Below are positions 28,354-38,217 of a DNA stretch of 64,000 nucleotides, piece after piece. The notes under the pieces are model-generated. The model was not told where the DNA came from. It worked only from the letters and a program-made list of their open reading frames with translations, and ran no database searches. Made by a program: the position numbers and the translations under genes. The first letter of the stretch is position 1; each line of letters opens with the position of its first letter. This DNA comes from Polaromonas sp. (GTDB lineage Bacteria; Pseudomonadota; Gammaproteobacteria; Burkholderiales; Burkholderiaceae_C): assembly GCA_044378095.1 (NCBI GenBank), contig JBILXX010000005.1:55-64054 (forward strand), given 5' to 3'.

Positions 28354-28582
28354 TTAAATGTGTTCCCAACTTGCACCAGTTAGCCTTTTCAAGCCAGCCG
28401 ATCAGTCTTGGGCCTGTCGTCCACTTTGCAAACCACTTGCAAAGCTTCCATTAGGCTATTGTCCGGATCTCCACTTTTTCAAGCGAAGCCCATGAGTATC
28501 ACCCAAGTTCTGGGCCTTGTCAACACCTATCGGCGTAAAAACCCTATAAATTTGCAAGAAAACCTGAGCACTTCGGAGAAAG

Positions 28583-30166
28583 TCAGTTCGGTAGCCGCAA
28601 ATACTGGTCGCAAAGCACCAAAAACGCGCCTAAAGCCGGGTCAACGCCGGTTTCCTGTTGCAAAAGCGCTGCAACGGGCGCTGCCAGCGATTTGGCCAGC
28701 GCGGCATCCAAAAACAGCAGGCGCGAACGCCGCGCCAGCACGTCTTCAACGGTTCTGGCGTATTCAAAACGGGCCGCAAAGCGCACCATCGCCTCAGTTA
28801 GACCGCCGCCAAGGTCTGTTTCAGCCCCAGGCGACGCCAGCACAGCCGCCGCCTCGCTGCCATACAGATGAATGCCCGGCGCGTCGCTGATGCCATGTTT
28901 TGTGACCTGCGCACCCACCAGTTTCAAATCAGTCGTCACGCCGGCCGGCTTGGCAGGCAGCAAATCAGCTGAAAAACACCTGTCCAGCACGTCCTCAGCC
29001 ATCGCGCGGTAGGTTGTCCATTTGCCGCCTGTCACGGTGACCAGCCCGCTTTTGCTGACCAAAATGGTGTGCTCACGCGACAAGCCTTTGGTGTTGTCGC
29101 CGTCATCGTCCGCAGGCTTGACCAGCGGCCGCAAGCCTACCCAGATGCTTTTGATGTCAGCGCGGGTTGGCGCTTTGGTCAAATACCGGGCTGACTCGTT
29201 GAGAATGAAGTCGACTTCCTCTTTAAAAGCGAGCGGCTCGCGCACCACGTCGTCCCTCGGTGTGTCTGTCGTACCCAAAATGGTTTTGCCCAGCCACGGC
29301 ACGGCAAACAGCACCCGGCCATCGGCTGTTTTCGGGATCAACATGGCGTGATTCATGTTGTGGCTAGCGGGCAAAAAGCTGCGGTCAACAACAATATGCA
29401 CGCCTTGGCTAGGCGCGACCATGGCTTTGACATCGCGGCCAATCGCTTTACCGTCTTCCATCCGGAACTGGTCAACCCACACCCCTGTGGCATTGATGAC
29501 CGACTTGGCTCTGATGTCGTAAGTCTTGCCCGTTTCAACGTCTTTCACGTGCAGGCCAGCCACTTTGCCGCCTTCGTGAATCAAGCCAGTCGCCGCACAG
29601 TAACTAATAAGCAATGCGCCTTTGCTTGCCGCCGTGCGAGCCAAAGCCAGCGCCAGCCGCGCGTCGTCAAACTGGCCGTCCCAGTACTTCACCCCGCCTT
29701 TGAGCTGCCCTCCAGGACCATTTTTTTTGCTGTTCGGCAGCAGCGCCAGGGTTTCGTCAGGGTTTAAAAACTCGGTCGCACCCAGCCCGGCTTTGCCCGC
29801 CAGCGCGTCATACATCTTCAGACCCACGCCGTAAAAAGGCGCTTCCCAAAACTTGTACGACGGCATCACAAACGCCAGCGGCTGCGCCAGGTGCGGCGCA
29901 TTGGCCAGCAGCGTGCTGCGCTCATGCAGCGCCTCGCGCACCAATGAAATATTGCCCTGCGCCAGGTAGCGCACCCCGCCGTGCACCAGCTTGGTCGCGC
30001 GCGACGATGTGCCCTTGGCAAAGTCATGCGACTCAACCAGCACGACAGAAAACCCACGCGCCGCAGCGTCCAGCGCCACACCCAGCCCTGTTGCGCCGCC
30101 GCCGATGACGGCAATGTCGTAGGTGATGGGGCGGGCGAGTTGTTCTATCAGTGATGCGCGGTTCAT
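28583..30166 (-). CDS. glpD: FAD-dependent glycerol-3-phosphate dehydrogenase
   Basis: IGGGATGLG, GTSSRATKLVHGGVRYL, GQFDDARL, GGKWTTYR. Confidence 0.95.
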   Translation of the reverse strand: MNRASLIEQLARPITYDIAVIGGGATGLGVALDAAARGFSVVLVESHDFAKGTSSRATKLVHGGVRYLAQGNISLVREALHERSTLLANAPHLAQPLAFVMPSYKFWEAPFYGVGLKMYDALAGKAGLGATEFLNPDETLALLPNSKKNGPGGQLKGGVKYWDGQFDDARLALALARTAASKGALLISYCAATGLIHEGGKVAGLHVKDVETGKTYDIRAKSVINATGVWVDQFRMEDGKAIGRDVKAMVAPSQGVHIVVDRSFLPASHNMNHAMLIPKTADGRVLFAVPWLGKTILGTTDTPRDDVVREPLAFKEEVDFILNESARYLTKAPTRADIKSIWVGLRPLVKPADDDGDNTKGLSREHTILVSKSGLVTVTGGKWTTYRAMAEDVLDRCFSADLLPAKPAGVTTDLKLVGAQVTKHGISDAPGIHLYGSEAAAVLASPGAETDLGGGLTEAMVRFAARFEYARTVEDVLARRSRLLFLDAALAKSLAAPVAALLQQETGVDPALGAFLVLCDQYLRLPN

Positions 30167-30180
30167 GTTTTATTCAGTCA

Positions 30181-30486
30181 TCACGCAGCCAACGCCAGCG
30201 GCTCAATCTCAGCTTCGATTTGCTTGGCTTTTTGCTTTTGCGTCACTTTCAGGTCATAGCTTTGCTGCAAGTTCAGCCACGACTGCGCATCGCCCCCAAA
30301 ATAGCGTGCCAGTCGAAGCGCGGTATCAGGGGTTACGCCGCGCCGCTCTAGCACGATGTCATTGACCCGCCCGGCGGGCACGTGCAGCGCTTTTGACAAC
30401 GCGTTGGCGCTCATTTGCAGCGGCTTTAAAAAGTCTTCCCGCAGTATTTCACCGGGGTGTACGGGGCGCATTCCGTTTGTGATCAT
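30181..30486 (-). CDS. higA: HigA antitoxin (Xre HTH)
   Basis: PVHPGEILREDF, RGVTPDTALRLARYF, WLNLQQSYDL. Confidence 0.93.
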   Translation of the reverse strand: MITNGMRPVHPGEILREDFLKPLQMSANALSKALHVPAGRVNDIVLERRGVTPDTALRLARYFGGDAQSWLNLQQSYDLKVTQKQKAKQIEAEIEPLALAA

Positions 30487-30515
30487 GTTTGATTCCTTTT
30501 GTCTTAGCCAGATGT

Positions 30516-30794
30516 TCAGTGATAGTCAACAATTTCAACGTCAGCAGGGCCGTCAGCCGTCCAGACAAAGCACAGGCGCCATTGCTGATTGACGCGAATG
30601 CTGTATTGCCCCGCCCTGTCCCCCACCAGCAGCTCAAGGTGATTGCCGGGCGGTGACTTCAAAAACTCCAGCGTCACAGCGGCTGCAAGTTGTGTCAACT
30701 TGCGCTCAGCCACTTGTTTGATGTTGGCAAACTGCTTTGATTTGCCCGTTTCAAAAAGCTCCTGTGTTTGCTCGCACTTGAAGGACTGAATCAT
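30516..30794 (-). CDS. higB: HigB toxin (RelE superfamily)
   Basis: MIQSFK, PPGNHLELLVGDRAGQYSIRVNQQWRLCF, EIVDYH. Confidence 0.93.
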   Translation of the reverse strand: MIQSFKCEQTQELFETGKSKQFANIKQVAERKLTQLAAAVTLEFLKSPPGNHLELLVGDRAGQYSIRVNQQWRLCFVWTADGPADVEIVDYH

Positions 30795-30800
30795 GTGAAT

Positions 30801-30829
30801 ATTTTATACCGTTTGACGGTAAGCGGCAA
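30801..30829 (-). promoter_or_regulatory. higBA promoter TTGCCG-N17-TAAAAT with operator TACCGT-N3-ACGGTA in the spacer; predicted leaderless mRNA
   Basis: Read directly; -10 ends 6 nt before the higB ATG; no SD present. Confidence 0.7.
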
Positions 30830-30984
30830 CTCCGATGCGATGGCGCAGCAGCTTCAGTAAGGCGAGCAGCTCGCACGGCAAAAATTTTGCAGCCCAGCGC
30901 AGGATGCCGCTCAAAACGATTTGAAAGTGAACGAGACCTGTTTAGCGGGTTAAAACAAGTTTTGGGATTTATTTTGACTATTTC

Positions 30985-31046
30985 AAAGGCTATTTTTGGC
31001 CTTTTAGCCAACAAATACGGGCGCAAGCAGATCCTGAATTAATAGC
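30985..31046 (-). repeat. Dispersed repeat family A, copy 5 (overlaps the STAND-TPR stop codon)
   Basis: Minus strand TA|GCTATTAATTCAGGATCTGCTTGCGCCCGTATTTGTTGGC. Confidence 0.88.
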
Positions 31047-33428
31047 TAACTCAAGCCGTCAAGTGCTCGCCGTGCTGTCGCTAACTGCACGTCAAACGCG
31101 CCGGGGGTTTGTAGATTCACCTTTTCATACAAGGCTACCGCCTCTTTCGCGGCTTCTAGGGTGGCGGGGCGGTTGACAGTGTCACTTAAACAGCCTGCAA
31201 GGTTAAAGATGCTCATAGCTAAATCAGGCGTGTAGGCGACTGGGTTCGTTTCGGCCAAACGCCTGTAAATATCAGCCGCCTCTCGCGCAGCTTTCAGTGC
31301 GCCCGTATGGTCGCCGATTTCACCTAACCGGATTGCTAGGTTGTTGATGCCCCCTGCCAATAAGGGCGCGTATGCGGCTGGGTTCGTTTCGGCCAAGCGT
31401 CTATCAATCGCCACCGCCTCTTGTGCGGCTTTCACTGCGGCGCGGCGGTCGCCAGCTCCACTTAAACAGCTCGCCAAGTTGTTGATGCACATCGCCAAAT
31501 TAGGCTCGTAGGCGGCAAGGTTGGTTTTGGCCAAGCGCCTATAAATGGCCACCGCCTCTTGCGCGGCTTTCAATGCGCCGGGGCGGTCTCCCGTTTCGCT
31601 TAAAGAGCTGGCCAGATTGTTGATGCTCATCGCCAAGTCGGGCTCGTAAGCGGCGGGGTTGATTTCGACCAAGCGTCTGCGAATTTCCACCGCCTCTTGC
31701 GCAGCTTTCAATGCTCCTCGGCGGTCGCTAGTTGCGCTTAAATAACCTGCTAGATTATTCATGCTGATTGCCAAGTCTGACTCGTAGGCTGCGGGATTGG
31801 TTTTGGCCAAAGACCTGCAAATGGCCACCGCCTCTTGCGCGGCTTTGAGTGCGCCAGAGTGTTCTCCAGCTGAAGCCAAATACAAAGCATGATTGTTTAA
31901 TTGCGTTGCTTGTGCTGCGAGCTGATCAGCGTCAAGCACAATGCCATCAATTAGGGTGGCGGGCTTACTAATAGCAACAGCCAAATCAGCTAACGCCGTC
32001 CAGTTGGCCATGATTACAAAAGATCGTTTTAAACGGTTTGCAAAGTCTGAACCCGGCGCAGCTGCGTCTTGTAGCAACCCGGCCAGCGCAGCTGCATCTT
32101 GCGGCCTGCCCAGTTGCAAACGCACGGTTTGGTCATAAGCCTGCATGTGCCAGCGCTGTAGCGAAACGGTAACGCCAAACCAGTCAACTGGCGCAAGGCT
32201 GGCCAGCAGATTGGCATCAGTTGGCACGCCGCGCTTGGCAAGCGGGCTTTGCCAGTGCCACAGCAACACAGCCGCCAACAGGTCTGGCGCCAACGTCGGG
32301 TAGGTTTGGGTCAACTCATCAAGCGGCCAAACCTCTGCCAGTGCGCTGTGCAGCTTAGCCAGTGTGTTGGCGGGCCATTTGTAGGCATCGTTTAACTGGG
32401 TGTTGACAGCCGCCGCAGGCAAACCGTTGAGCAAGGTGGCAAAAGCCAGCACATCAGTCAGCACGCCTTTCGGCAGGCCGTGGCCTTCTTCGGCTTTTGT
32501 CCAACGGGCTTGCTCACGCGTGACGAGCGCTATCAGCAGATCCTTGCCGTTTAAAAACCGACGTGTTGGGTCTGGCGATTTTGACAAATGGATAGCCAGT
32601 GCAACGACGAATAAGGCGGTGCTGTGCAGTGGCGACTCGGTGAGCCATGCGTCAAAGTCTGCTTGACTCACGCTGGGAGCCGTGGGCGCAAGCCTGCTTA
32701 ACGACTGGGTGAGCAGGTTTAAGTTGCCTTTGCCTGCCAGCTCGCCCAGTGCCATGGGTGTGCTGGCGTAACTTTGCGCGCCTTGTTGGTTTAAAAGCGC
32801 ATTCACCCCTGCTGACAAACGGCAAAGCAGCAAAATGCGCAGCTTGTTTTTTTTGTTACCGGGTTGAATACCCTCTTTGGCCGCAGTAATCAATTGCGCC
32901 AGCCGCTCGGGCGAATGCTCGGGGTAGTCAACCACCACAATGGTGTTGCCCTGCCACGCCAAGCGCTGGGCTTGCTCAAATTTTGTCAAATTAACAAAGC
33001 CTCCCGCCCAGCGCTTGGTGTCAATCAGGCTTTGCGCAAACTCTGCGGCCAACCGCGTTTTACCAGTACCGCCGTCAGCCTGAATGACTTTAAAAGACAA
33101 TGCATGGTGCGAATTGGCCCAATCGCGCAGTTCTTTTTGTTCAGCTTCACGACCAATCAGCGGGGTCAGTCGGCAGCGCCAGTCCAGCCAAACGGCCTCC
33201 TTGCCTTGTGGGGATTCATTCCAGCCGATGGAGAGGTCAAAAGTTAGGGGTTTGCCGTCAATGGCGAGGCTGCTGGTGGTGGGTTTGAGTGAAAAATAGG
33301 CCACCGCATTGAGTACGACCGATAAGAAAAACCCAAAAGGCTCATAGTTGCCAGAAGGGTTACGCATCCACAGGACTCCCGTCAGCAAAAAAGCCAAAAT
33401 CAAAATCGATGAAACAACCTTAACCATG
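31046..33428 (-). CDS. 2TM - STAND-type P-loop NTPase - TPR repeat protein (NLR-like)
   Basis: Two N-terminal hydrophobic helices; LIGREAE; Walker A ADGGTGKTRLA; Walker B IVVVDYPE; LRILLLCR; six 46-aa TPR-like repeats. Start at 33428 or 33466. Confidence 0.8.
31100..31900 (-). repeat. Six tandem 138-bp (46-aa) TPR-coding repeats
   Basis: Anchor CCACCGCCTC-like at 31135, 31273, 31411, 31549, 31687, 31825 (138-bp spacing). Confidence 0.9.
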
Positions 33429-33535
33429 AGCGCCCCCCCCTGAGAGTTGAGTTTTTCTGGCTTCATGATACGTTGGCTTACACGGCTTGGGCAATGCGGA
33501 AACCGCATGAGAACGCCCCACAGGTTAGCCATTTT

Positions 33536-33595
33536 GCTATATTTTTAGGAGCTATTTGCGCCCGTTTTTATTGCCTTGCAGCCCTAAATGACAGG
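33536..33595 (+). repeat. Dispersed repeat family A, copy 6
   Basis: GCTATATTTTTAGGAGCTATTTGCGCCCGTTTTTATTGCC. Confidence 0.88.
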
Positions 33596-33689
33596 TATTT
33601 ATGGTTAAAAAGATACTCAAAAAGCCAGTTTGAACTTTGTGAACGATGCTATCAATGGTCAAAACCTTAAAAATCGTGCTTTTAAGCAC

Positions 33690-33755
33690 TTTTTACCCAT
33701 CCAGTTAGTCTCCGGCCCAATAGATTCGGGCGCAAGCAGCTCCTATTTATATAGC
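33690..33755 (-). repeat. Dispersed repeat family A, copy 7 (7 nt after glpK stop; inverted partner of copy 6)
   Basis: Minus strand GCTATATAAATAGGAGCTGCTTGCGCCCGAATCTATTGGGCC. Confidence 0.9.
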
Positions 33756-33762
33756 AGCTAAA

Positions 33763-35313
33763 TCACCCATCCGCCCAGTCCCCAGCCCGCGCTACTGCCT
33801 TGTGCCAGCGCGCCAGCTTGGCGGCCCTTGCCTCAGCGCTCATTTGGGGTTCAAAGCGGCGGTCAACTTGCCATTGGCTGGCGATTTCATCCGCGCCTGA
33901 CCAAAAGCCGACCGCCAGCCCGGCCAGGTAGGCTGCGCCCAGGGCGGTGGTTTCTGTCACTTTGGGCCGCACGACCGGCACGCCTGAAAAGTCGGCCTGC
34001 ATTTGCATCAGCAGGTTGTTGGCCGATGCACCGCCGTCTACCCGCAGCTCTTTGAGGCCAACACCTGCGTCCTGGCTCATGGCGGTGAAGACGTCTGCGC
34101 TTTGCAGGGCGATGGCTTCCAGGGCGGCGCGCGCAATGTGGGCGCGGGTTGTGCCGCGAGTCAGCCCTAACATCGCGCCGCGTGCATAGGGGTCCCAGTT
34201 GGGTGTGCCCAGGCCGGTGAAGGCGGGGACCAGGTACACGTCGCCGCTGTCGGGCACGGATTCGGCCAGCGCCTGTACTTCAGCCGCCGAATCAATGATT
34301 TGCAGCCCGTCCCGCAGCCACTGGATGGTGGCGCCGCCCATGAAGACGCTGCCTTCTAAACAGTAGGTGGTTTTATCAAGCTGCCAGCCCACGGTGCTGA
34401 GCAGCTTGTTTTTAGACGCCACGGGCTGGCTGCCGGTATTCATCAACATGAAGCAGCCTGTGCCGTAGGTGTTTTTGGCCATGCCGGGATTGAGGCAAGC
34501 CTGCCCGAAGGTGGCGGCTTGCTGGTCGCCCGCGATGCCTGCTATCGGGATGGGTGTGCCGAAAAGTGAGTGGCTACTTTCCCCCACCACGCCGCTGCTG
34601 GTCACAACTTTGGGCAAGACTGATGGCGGAATGTTGAAAAGCGCGAGCAATTCGTCGTCCCACTGCAAAGTGTGGATGTTGAACAGCAGGGTGCGCGATG
34701 CGTTGCTGGCGTCCGTCACGTGAACCCCACCTAGATGAGCGCCGGTCAGGTTCCAAATCAGCCATGAATCCATCGTGCCAAAGGCCAGCTCGCCTTTATC
34801 CGCCCTGGCGCGCGCGCCGGGTGTGTTGTCCAGCAGCCAGGCCAGCTTGGTGGCTGAAAAGTAGGCGTCGAGTACCAGCCCGGTTTTTTGCTGAATCAGC
34901 TCGGCATGGCCTTGGCTGCGTAACTCGTCGCAGCGGCCAGCGGTGCGGCGGTCTTGCCAGACGATGGCGTTGGCCAGTGGCTGGCCGGTGTTGCGGTCCC
35001 ACAGCACAGTGGTTTCACGCTGGTTGGTGATGCCGATGGCGAGTATTTCAGTCTTTGACGGCGCTATTAAATCAGGAGCTGCTTGCGCCCGTATTGATTG
35101 ATCTATAGGCCGATTTGATGCCTTTTTCAGGCAGTTTTGAGCGGTTTTGAGCTGACTTTGCCAAATTTCTTGCGCATCATGCTCCACCCAGCCCGGCTGC
35201 GGGAAGATTTGGGCAAATTCAGCCTGCTCCACCGCCACGACGGAGCCGGCGTGGTCAAACAGCATGGCGCGGCTGGAGGTGGTGCCTTGGTCTAGGGAGA
35301 GGATGTAGCGCAT
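33763..35313 (-). CDS. glpK: Glycerol kinase with a repeat-derived insertion
   Basis: [50 protein letters not shown]. Confidence 0.97.
   Translation of the reverse strand: MRYILSLDQGTTSSRAMLFDHAGSVVAVEQAEFAQIFPQPGWVEHDAQEIWQSQLKTAQNCLKKASNRPIDQSIRAQAAPDLIAPSKTEILAIGITNQRETTVLWDRNTGQPLANAIVWQDRRTAGRCDELRSQGHAELIQQKTGLVLDAYFSATKLAWLLDNTPGARARADKGELAFGTMDSWLIWNLTGAHLGGVHVTDASNASRTLLFNIHTLQWDDELLALFNIPPSVLPKVVTSSGVVGESSHSLFGTPIPIAGIAGDQQAATFGQACLNPGMAKNTYGTGCFMLMNTGSQPVASKNKLLSTVGWQLDKTTYCLEGSVFMGGATIQWLRDGLQIIDSAAEVQALAESVPDSGDVYLVPAFTGLGTPNWDPYARGAMLGLTRGTTRAHIARAALEAIALQSADVFTAMSQDAGVGLKELRVDGGASANNLLMQMQADFSGVPVVRPKVTETTALGAAYLAGLAVGFWSGADEIASQWQVDRRFEPQMSAEARAAKLARWHKAVARAGDWADG
35063..35125 (+). 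repeat. Dispersed repeat family A, copy 8, in frame inside glpK (antisense)
   Basis: GCTATTAAATCAGGAGCTGCTTGCGCCCGTATTGATTG; encodes [19 protein letters not shown] just before [13 protein letters not shown]. Confidence 0.9.
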
Positions 35314-35379
35314 GACCCCAAGACTAACGCACAGCGGCTGTGTTTTGATCTGTCGCTTTCCCCAGATAACATGCTACGC

Positions 35380-36489
35380 ATGACAACCCACATGGCCAAC
35401 CGCCGCCAGTTCCTGGCCCATGCCAGCGCAGCTTTGGCAGCGGGGCTGACAGGCTGCGCGTCAACACAGGCTGCCGTTGCTGGACCCAGACTGCGCCTGA
35501 TCGGCGAGACGCGCTTGCCGCACAAGCTGCCATACCAGGGCACCACGGTTGGCGGTTTGTCGGGCATTGACCATGACCCGGCAAGCGGCATGTATTACCT
35601 GCTCAGCGACGACGGCGGCGGCGTCAGTGCACCGCGCTTTTATACCGCTCGCATCGCCATTGGCAGTGACAAAATGGGTGATATTGAATTGACCGGCGTG
35701 ACGTTTTTACAGGGCATCAGCGCACCCGACCCTGAAGCCATTCGCTGGCATGCGCCCAGCCAAAGCCTGCTGTGGACGAGTGAGGGCAATGCGGTACGGT
35801 TTGCGGCAACAGCTTTGTATCAAACCCGCCTTGAAGGCACGTTGCAGCGCACCTACCCCCTGCCTGCGACGTTTGACTTTGGGCTGACCAGCGGCTCGCG
35901 AATCAATAAAACGCTGGAGGGGCTGGCCATCAGCCCCGACGGCCAAACTGCCTGGTTGGCCATGGAAGCCGCTTTGCGCCAAGACGGAGAAGAACCCACG
36001 GTGGGCAGCCCCGGCGGGCCTTGCCGCCTGACACAAATAGACATCGCCAGCGGCAAACTGCTGCGGCAAATCGCGTATGTGACCGATGCCATCCCCAGAG
36101 CACCGATACCGGCCAACGCGAATGCAGACAACGGCGTGGTCGAAGTGCTGATGCTGGACGCGCACCGCATGCTGGTTCTTGAGCGGGCCTACATGGCCGG
36201 GCTGGACGACAAAACCCGCAACTCCATGCGGCTGTACCTGATTGACACGCGCCAGGCGACTGATACCTTGAGCGTTGCAGCACTCAAACCCGGTAACCAC
36301 ACAGCCGCCAGCAAAAAGCTGGTGGCTGACTTTGCCGGCTTCCCGGTTTTGACGCAGCTCGACAATACAGAGGGCATGTGCTGGGGGCCGAACTTACCGA
36401 ATCAAAACCGTACGCTGTTGTTCGTCAGCGACGACAATTTCAACCCGCGGCAGATCACGCAGTTTCTGGCTTTCGAATTTCTGGAATAG
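35380..36489 (+). CDS. Phytase-like (esterase-like activity of phytase) beta-propeller family protein, Tat lipoprotein-type signal
   Basis: NRRQFL...LTGC; GGLSGID, LSDDG, DPEAI, NKTLEGLA, DNTEG, VSDDNF. Confidence 0.82.
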   Translation: MTTHMANRRQFLAHASAALAAGLTGCASTQAAVAGPRLRLIGETRLPHKLPYQGTTVGGLSGIDHDPASGMYYLLSDDGGGVSAPRFYTARIAIGSDKMGDIELTGVTFLQGISAPDPEAIRWHAPSQSLLWTSEGNAVRFAATALYQTRLEGTLQRTYPLPATFDFGLTSGSRINKTLEGLAISPDGQTAWLAMEAALRQDGEEPTVGSPGGPCRLTQIDIASGKLLRQIAYVTDAIPRAPIPANANADNGVVEVLMLDAHRMLVLERAYMAGLDDKTRNSMRLYLIDTRQATDTLSVAALKPGNHTAASKKLVADFAGFPVLTQLDNTEGMCWGPNLPNQNRTLLFVSDDNFNPRQITQFLAFEFLE

Positions 36490-36502
36490 ACGGAATAGAC
36501 CC

Positions 36503-37330
36503 ATGGCAACAACACATCACGACAATATCGCCTTCATTGGCGGCGGCAACATGGCCAGTGCCATCATTGGCGGCTTGCTCAAACGGGGCGCGCCTGCCAG
36601 CAGCATTCAGGTGGTTGAACCGTTTGAAGAAGCGCGTACCAGGCTGAAAGAAAAGTTTGGCGTCAGTGTGCGCGAAGCACCCAGCCCCCATTTGACCAGC
36701 GCGACGCTGGTGGTGTGGGCCGTCAAGCCGCAAACCTTCAAAGACGCGGCGCTGGACACCCGCTTTCACACCAAAACCGCGCTGCATTTGAGTGTGGCTG
36801 CCGGCATCACATCCAGCAGCATTGCCCACTGGCTGGGCAGCGAGCACATCGTGCGCGCCATGCCCAACACGCCTGCGCTGGTGGGCAAAGGCATGACAGC
36901 CCTATTTGCACGGCCCGCCGTAACTGCCGCAGGCCGCGCCATGGTGGACCGCGTGATTCAAACCACTGGCGACCACCTGTGGCTGGATGATGAAAGCCAG
37001 CTCGATGCCGTCACCGCCCTGTCAGGCTCAGGCCCCGCTTATGTTTTTTACTTTATCGAGGCCATGATTGAAGCGGGTGTGGCGATGGGCTTGACGCGCG
37101 AACAGGCGCACCAGTTGGCGGTAGGTACGTTTGTCGGCGCCAGCGCACTGGCCAAGGCCAGCGATGAGCCGATTGAAATTTTGCGCTCCCGCGTCACGTC
37201 CAAAGGCGGTACAACCCATGCGGCTATTACCTCGATGGAGCAGGACAACGTGAAAACCCTGTTCATGCGCGCCATGAGCGCGGCCAGGCAAAGAGCCAAA
37301 GAAATGGGTCAAGAGTTTGGCTCGAATTGA
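36503..37330 (+). CDS. proC: Pyrroline-5-carboxylate reductase
   Basis: FIGGGNMA, VRAMPNTP, ALSGSGPAY, VTSKGGTT. Confidence 0.97.
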   Translation: MATTHHDNIAFIGGGNMASAIIGGLLKRGAPASSIQVVEPFEEARTRLKEKFGVSVREAPSPHLTSATLVVWAVKPQTFKDAALDTRFHTKTALHLSVAAGITSSSIAHWLGSEHIVRAMPNTPALVGKGMTALFARPAVTAAGRAMVDRVIQTTGDHLWLDDESQLDAVTALSGSGPAYVFYFIEAMIEAGVAMGLTREQAHQLAVGTFVGASALAKASDEPIEILRSRVTSKGGTTHAAITSMEQDNVKTLFMRAMSAARQRAKEMGQEFGSN

Positions 37331-37335
37331 GTTTT

Positions 37336-38217
37336 TTATAACTGCGCAGCGTAAGTGGCGGCAATGCCCATGAACACGGTAAACCCCAGCCAGTGATTTA
37401 GCCTGAAAGCCTTGAAGCAATCGTCTCGCTGGCGCTTTCGGATCAGCCAGATATGCCACAGGGCTTGCGCCAGTGCCAGACCAATTGCTACTAAATAGAT
37501 AGCTTCTTGCGCTCGATTTAATTGACTTGAAAGCACATTCAGCCATATAAAAAGGTATAAAAAGTAACTCACGAGCACCGCCAGCACGTCAAAACGCCCA
37601 AAGGTGATGGCCGAGGTCTTCATGCCGATTTTCAGGTCATCATCGCGGTCCACCATGGCGTATTCGGTGTCGTAGGCAATCACCCAGAACAGATTGCCCA
37701 GCAACAGCACCCAGGCCAGCATAGGCACGCGCGACTGCACGGCGGCAAACGCCATCGGTATGCCAAAGCTGAAAGCCACGCCCAGCACCGCCTGCGGCAT
37801 GACCACAAAGCGTTTGGCAAACGGGTAAATGATGGCAATGCCTAAAGCGGCAAATGACCAGGCAATGGCGGTGATATTGGTCGTCAGCACAAGGCCGAAT
37901 GCGCAGAGCGCCAGCATCGCGCCCACCGCCAGCGCTTCTTTGGCGGGCAGCTTGCCGCTGGTCACAGGGCGCTGGGCGGTGCGCTTGACGTGACGGTCAA
38001 AGTCACGGTCGGCCACATCGTTCAAACAGCACCCTGCGCTGCGCATGAGGAACGTGCCCAAGGTAAAAACCACCAGCAAATGCCAGCTCGGAAAACCGTG
38101 TGACGCCAGCCAAAGCGCCGACAGCGTGGGCCACAGCAGCAGCAGCCAGCCCGCAGGGCGGTCCCAGCGGATGAGTTGCAGGTAGAGGTTCAGTCTGTTT
38201 TTCAAAAACGTGCTCAA
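37336..38217 (-). CDS. ubiA: 4-hydroxybenzoate polyprenyltransferase
   Basis: [43 protein letters not shown]; TTG start overlaps the res stop. Confidence 0.95.
   Translation of the reverse strand: MSTFLKNRLNLYLQLIRWDRPAGWLLLLWPTLSALWLASHGFPSWHLLVVFTLGTFLMRSAGCCLNDVADRDFDRHVKRTAQRPVTSGKLPAKEALAVGAMLALCAFGLVLTTNITAIAWSFAALGIAIIYPFAKRFVVMPQAVLGVAFSFGIPMAFAAVQSRVPMLAWVLLLGNLFWVIAYDTEYAMVDRDDDLKIGMKTSAITFGRFDVLAVLVSYFLYLFIWLNVLSSQLNRAQEAIYLVAIGLALAQALWHIWLIRKRQRDDCFKAFRLNHWLGFTVFMGIAATYAAQL
37487..37540 (+). repeat. Dispersed repeat family A, copy 9, in frame inside ubiA (antisense, diverged)
   Basis: GCTACTAAATAGATAGCTTCTTGCGCTCGATTTAATTG; encodes [13 protein letters not shown]. Confidence 0.7.

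Noticed and set aside
30751-31026. 91-aa ORF upstream of higB as a third TA gene
   Set aside because: It overlaps higB, its promoter and a repeat copy, and shows no recognisable motif.
31100-31900. Regularly spaced repeats as a CRISPR array
   Set aside because: 138-bp period, in-frame coding TPR units, no unique spacers, no cas genes.
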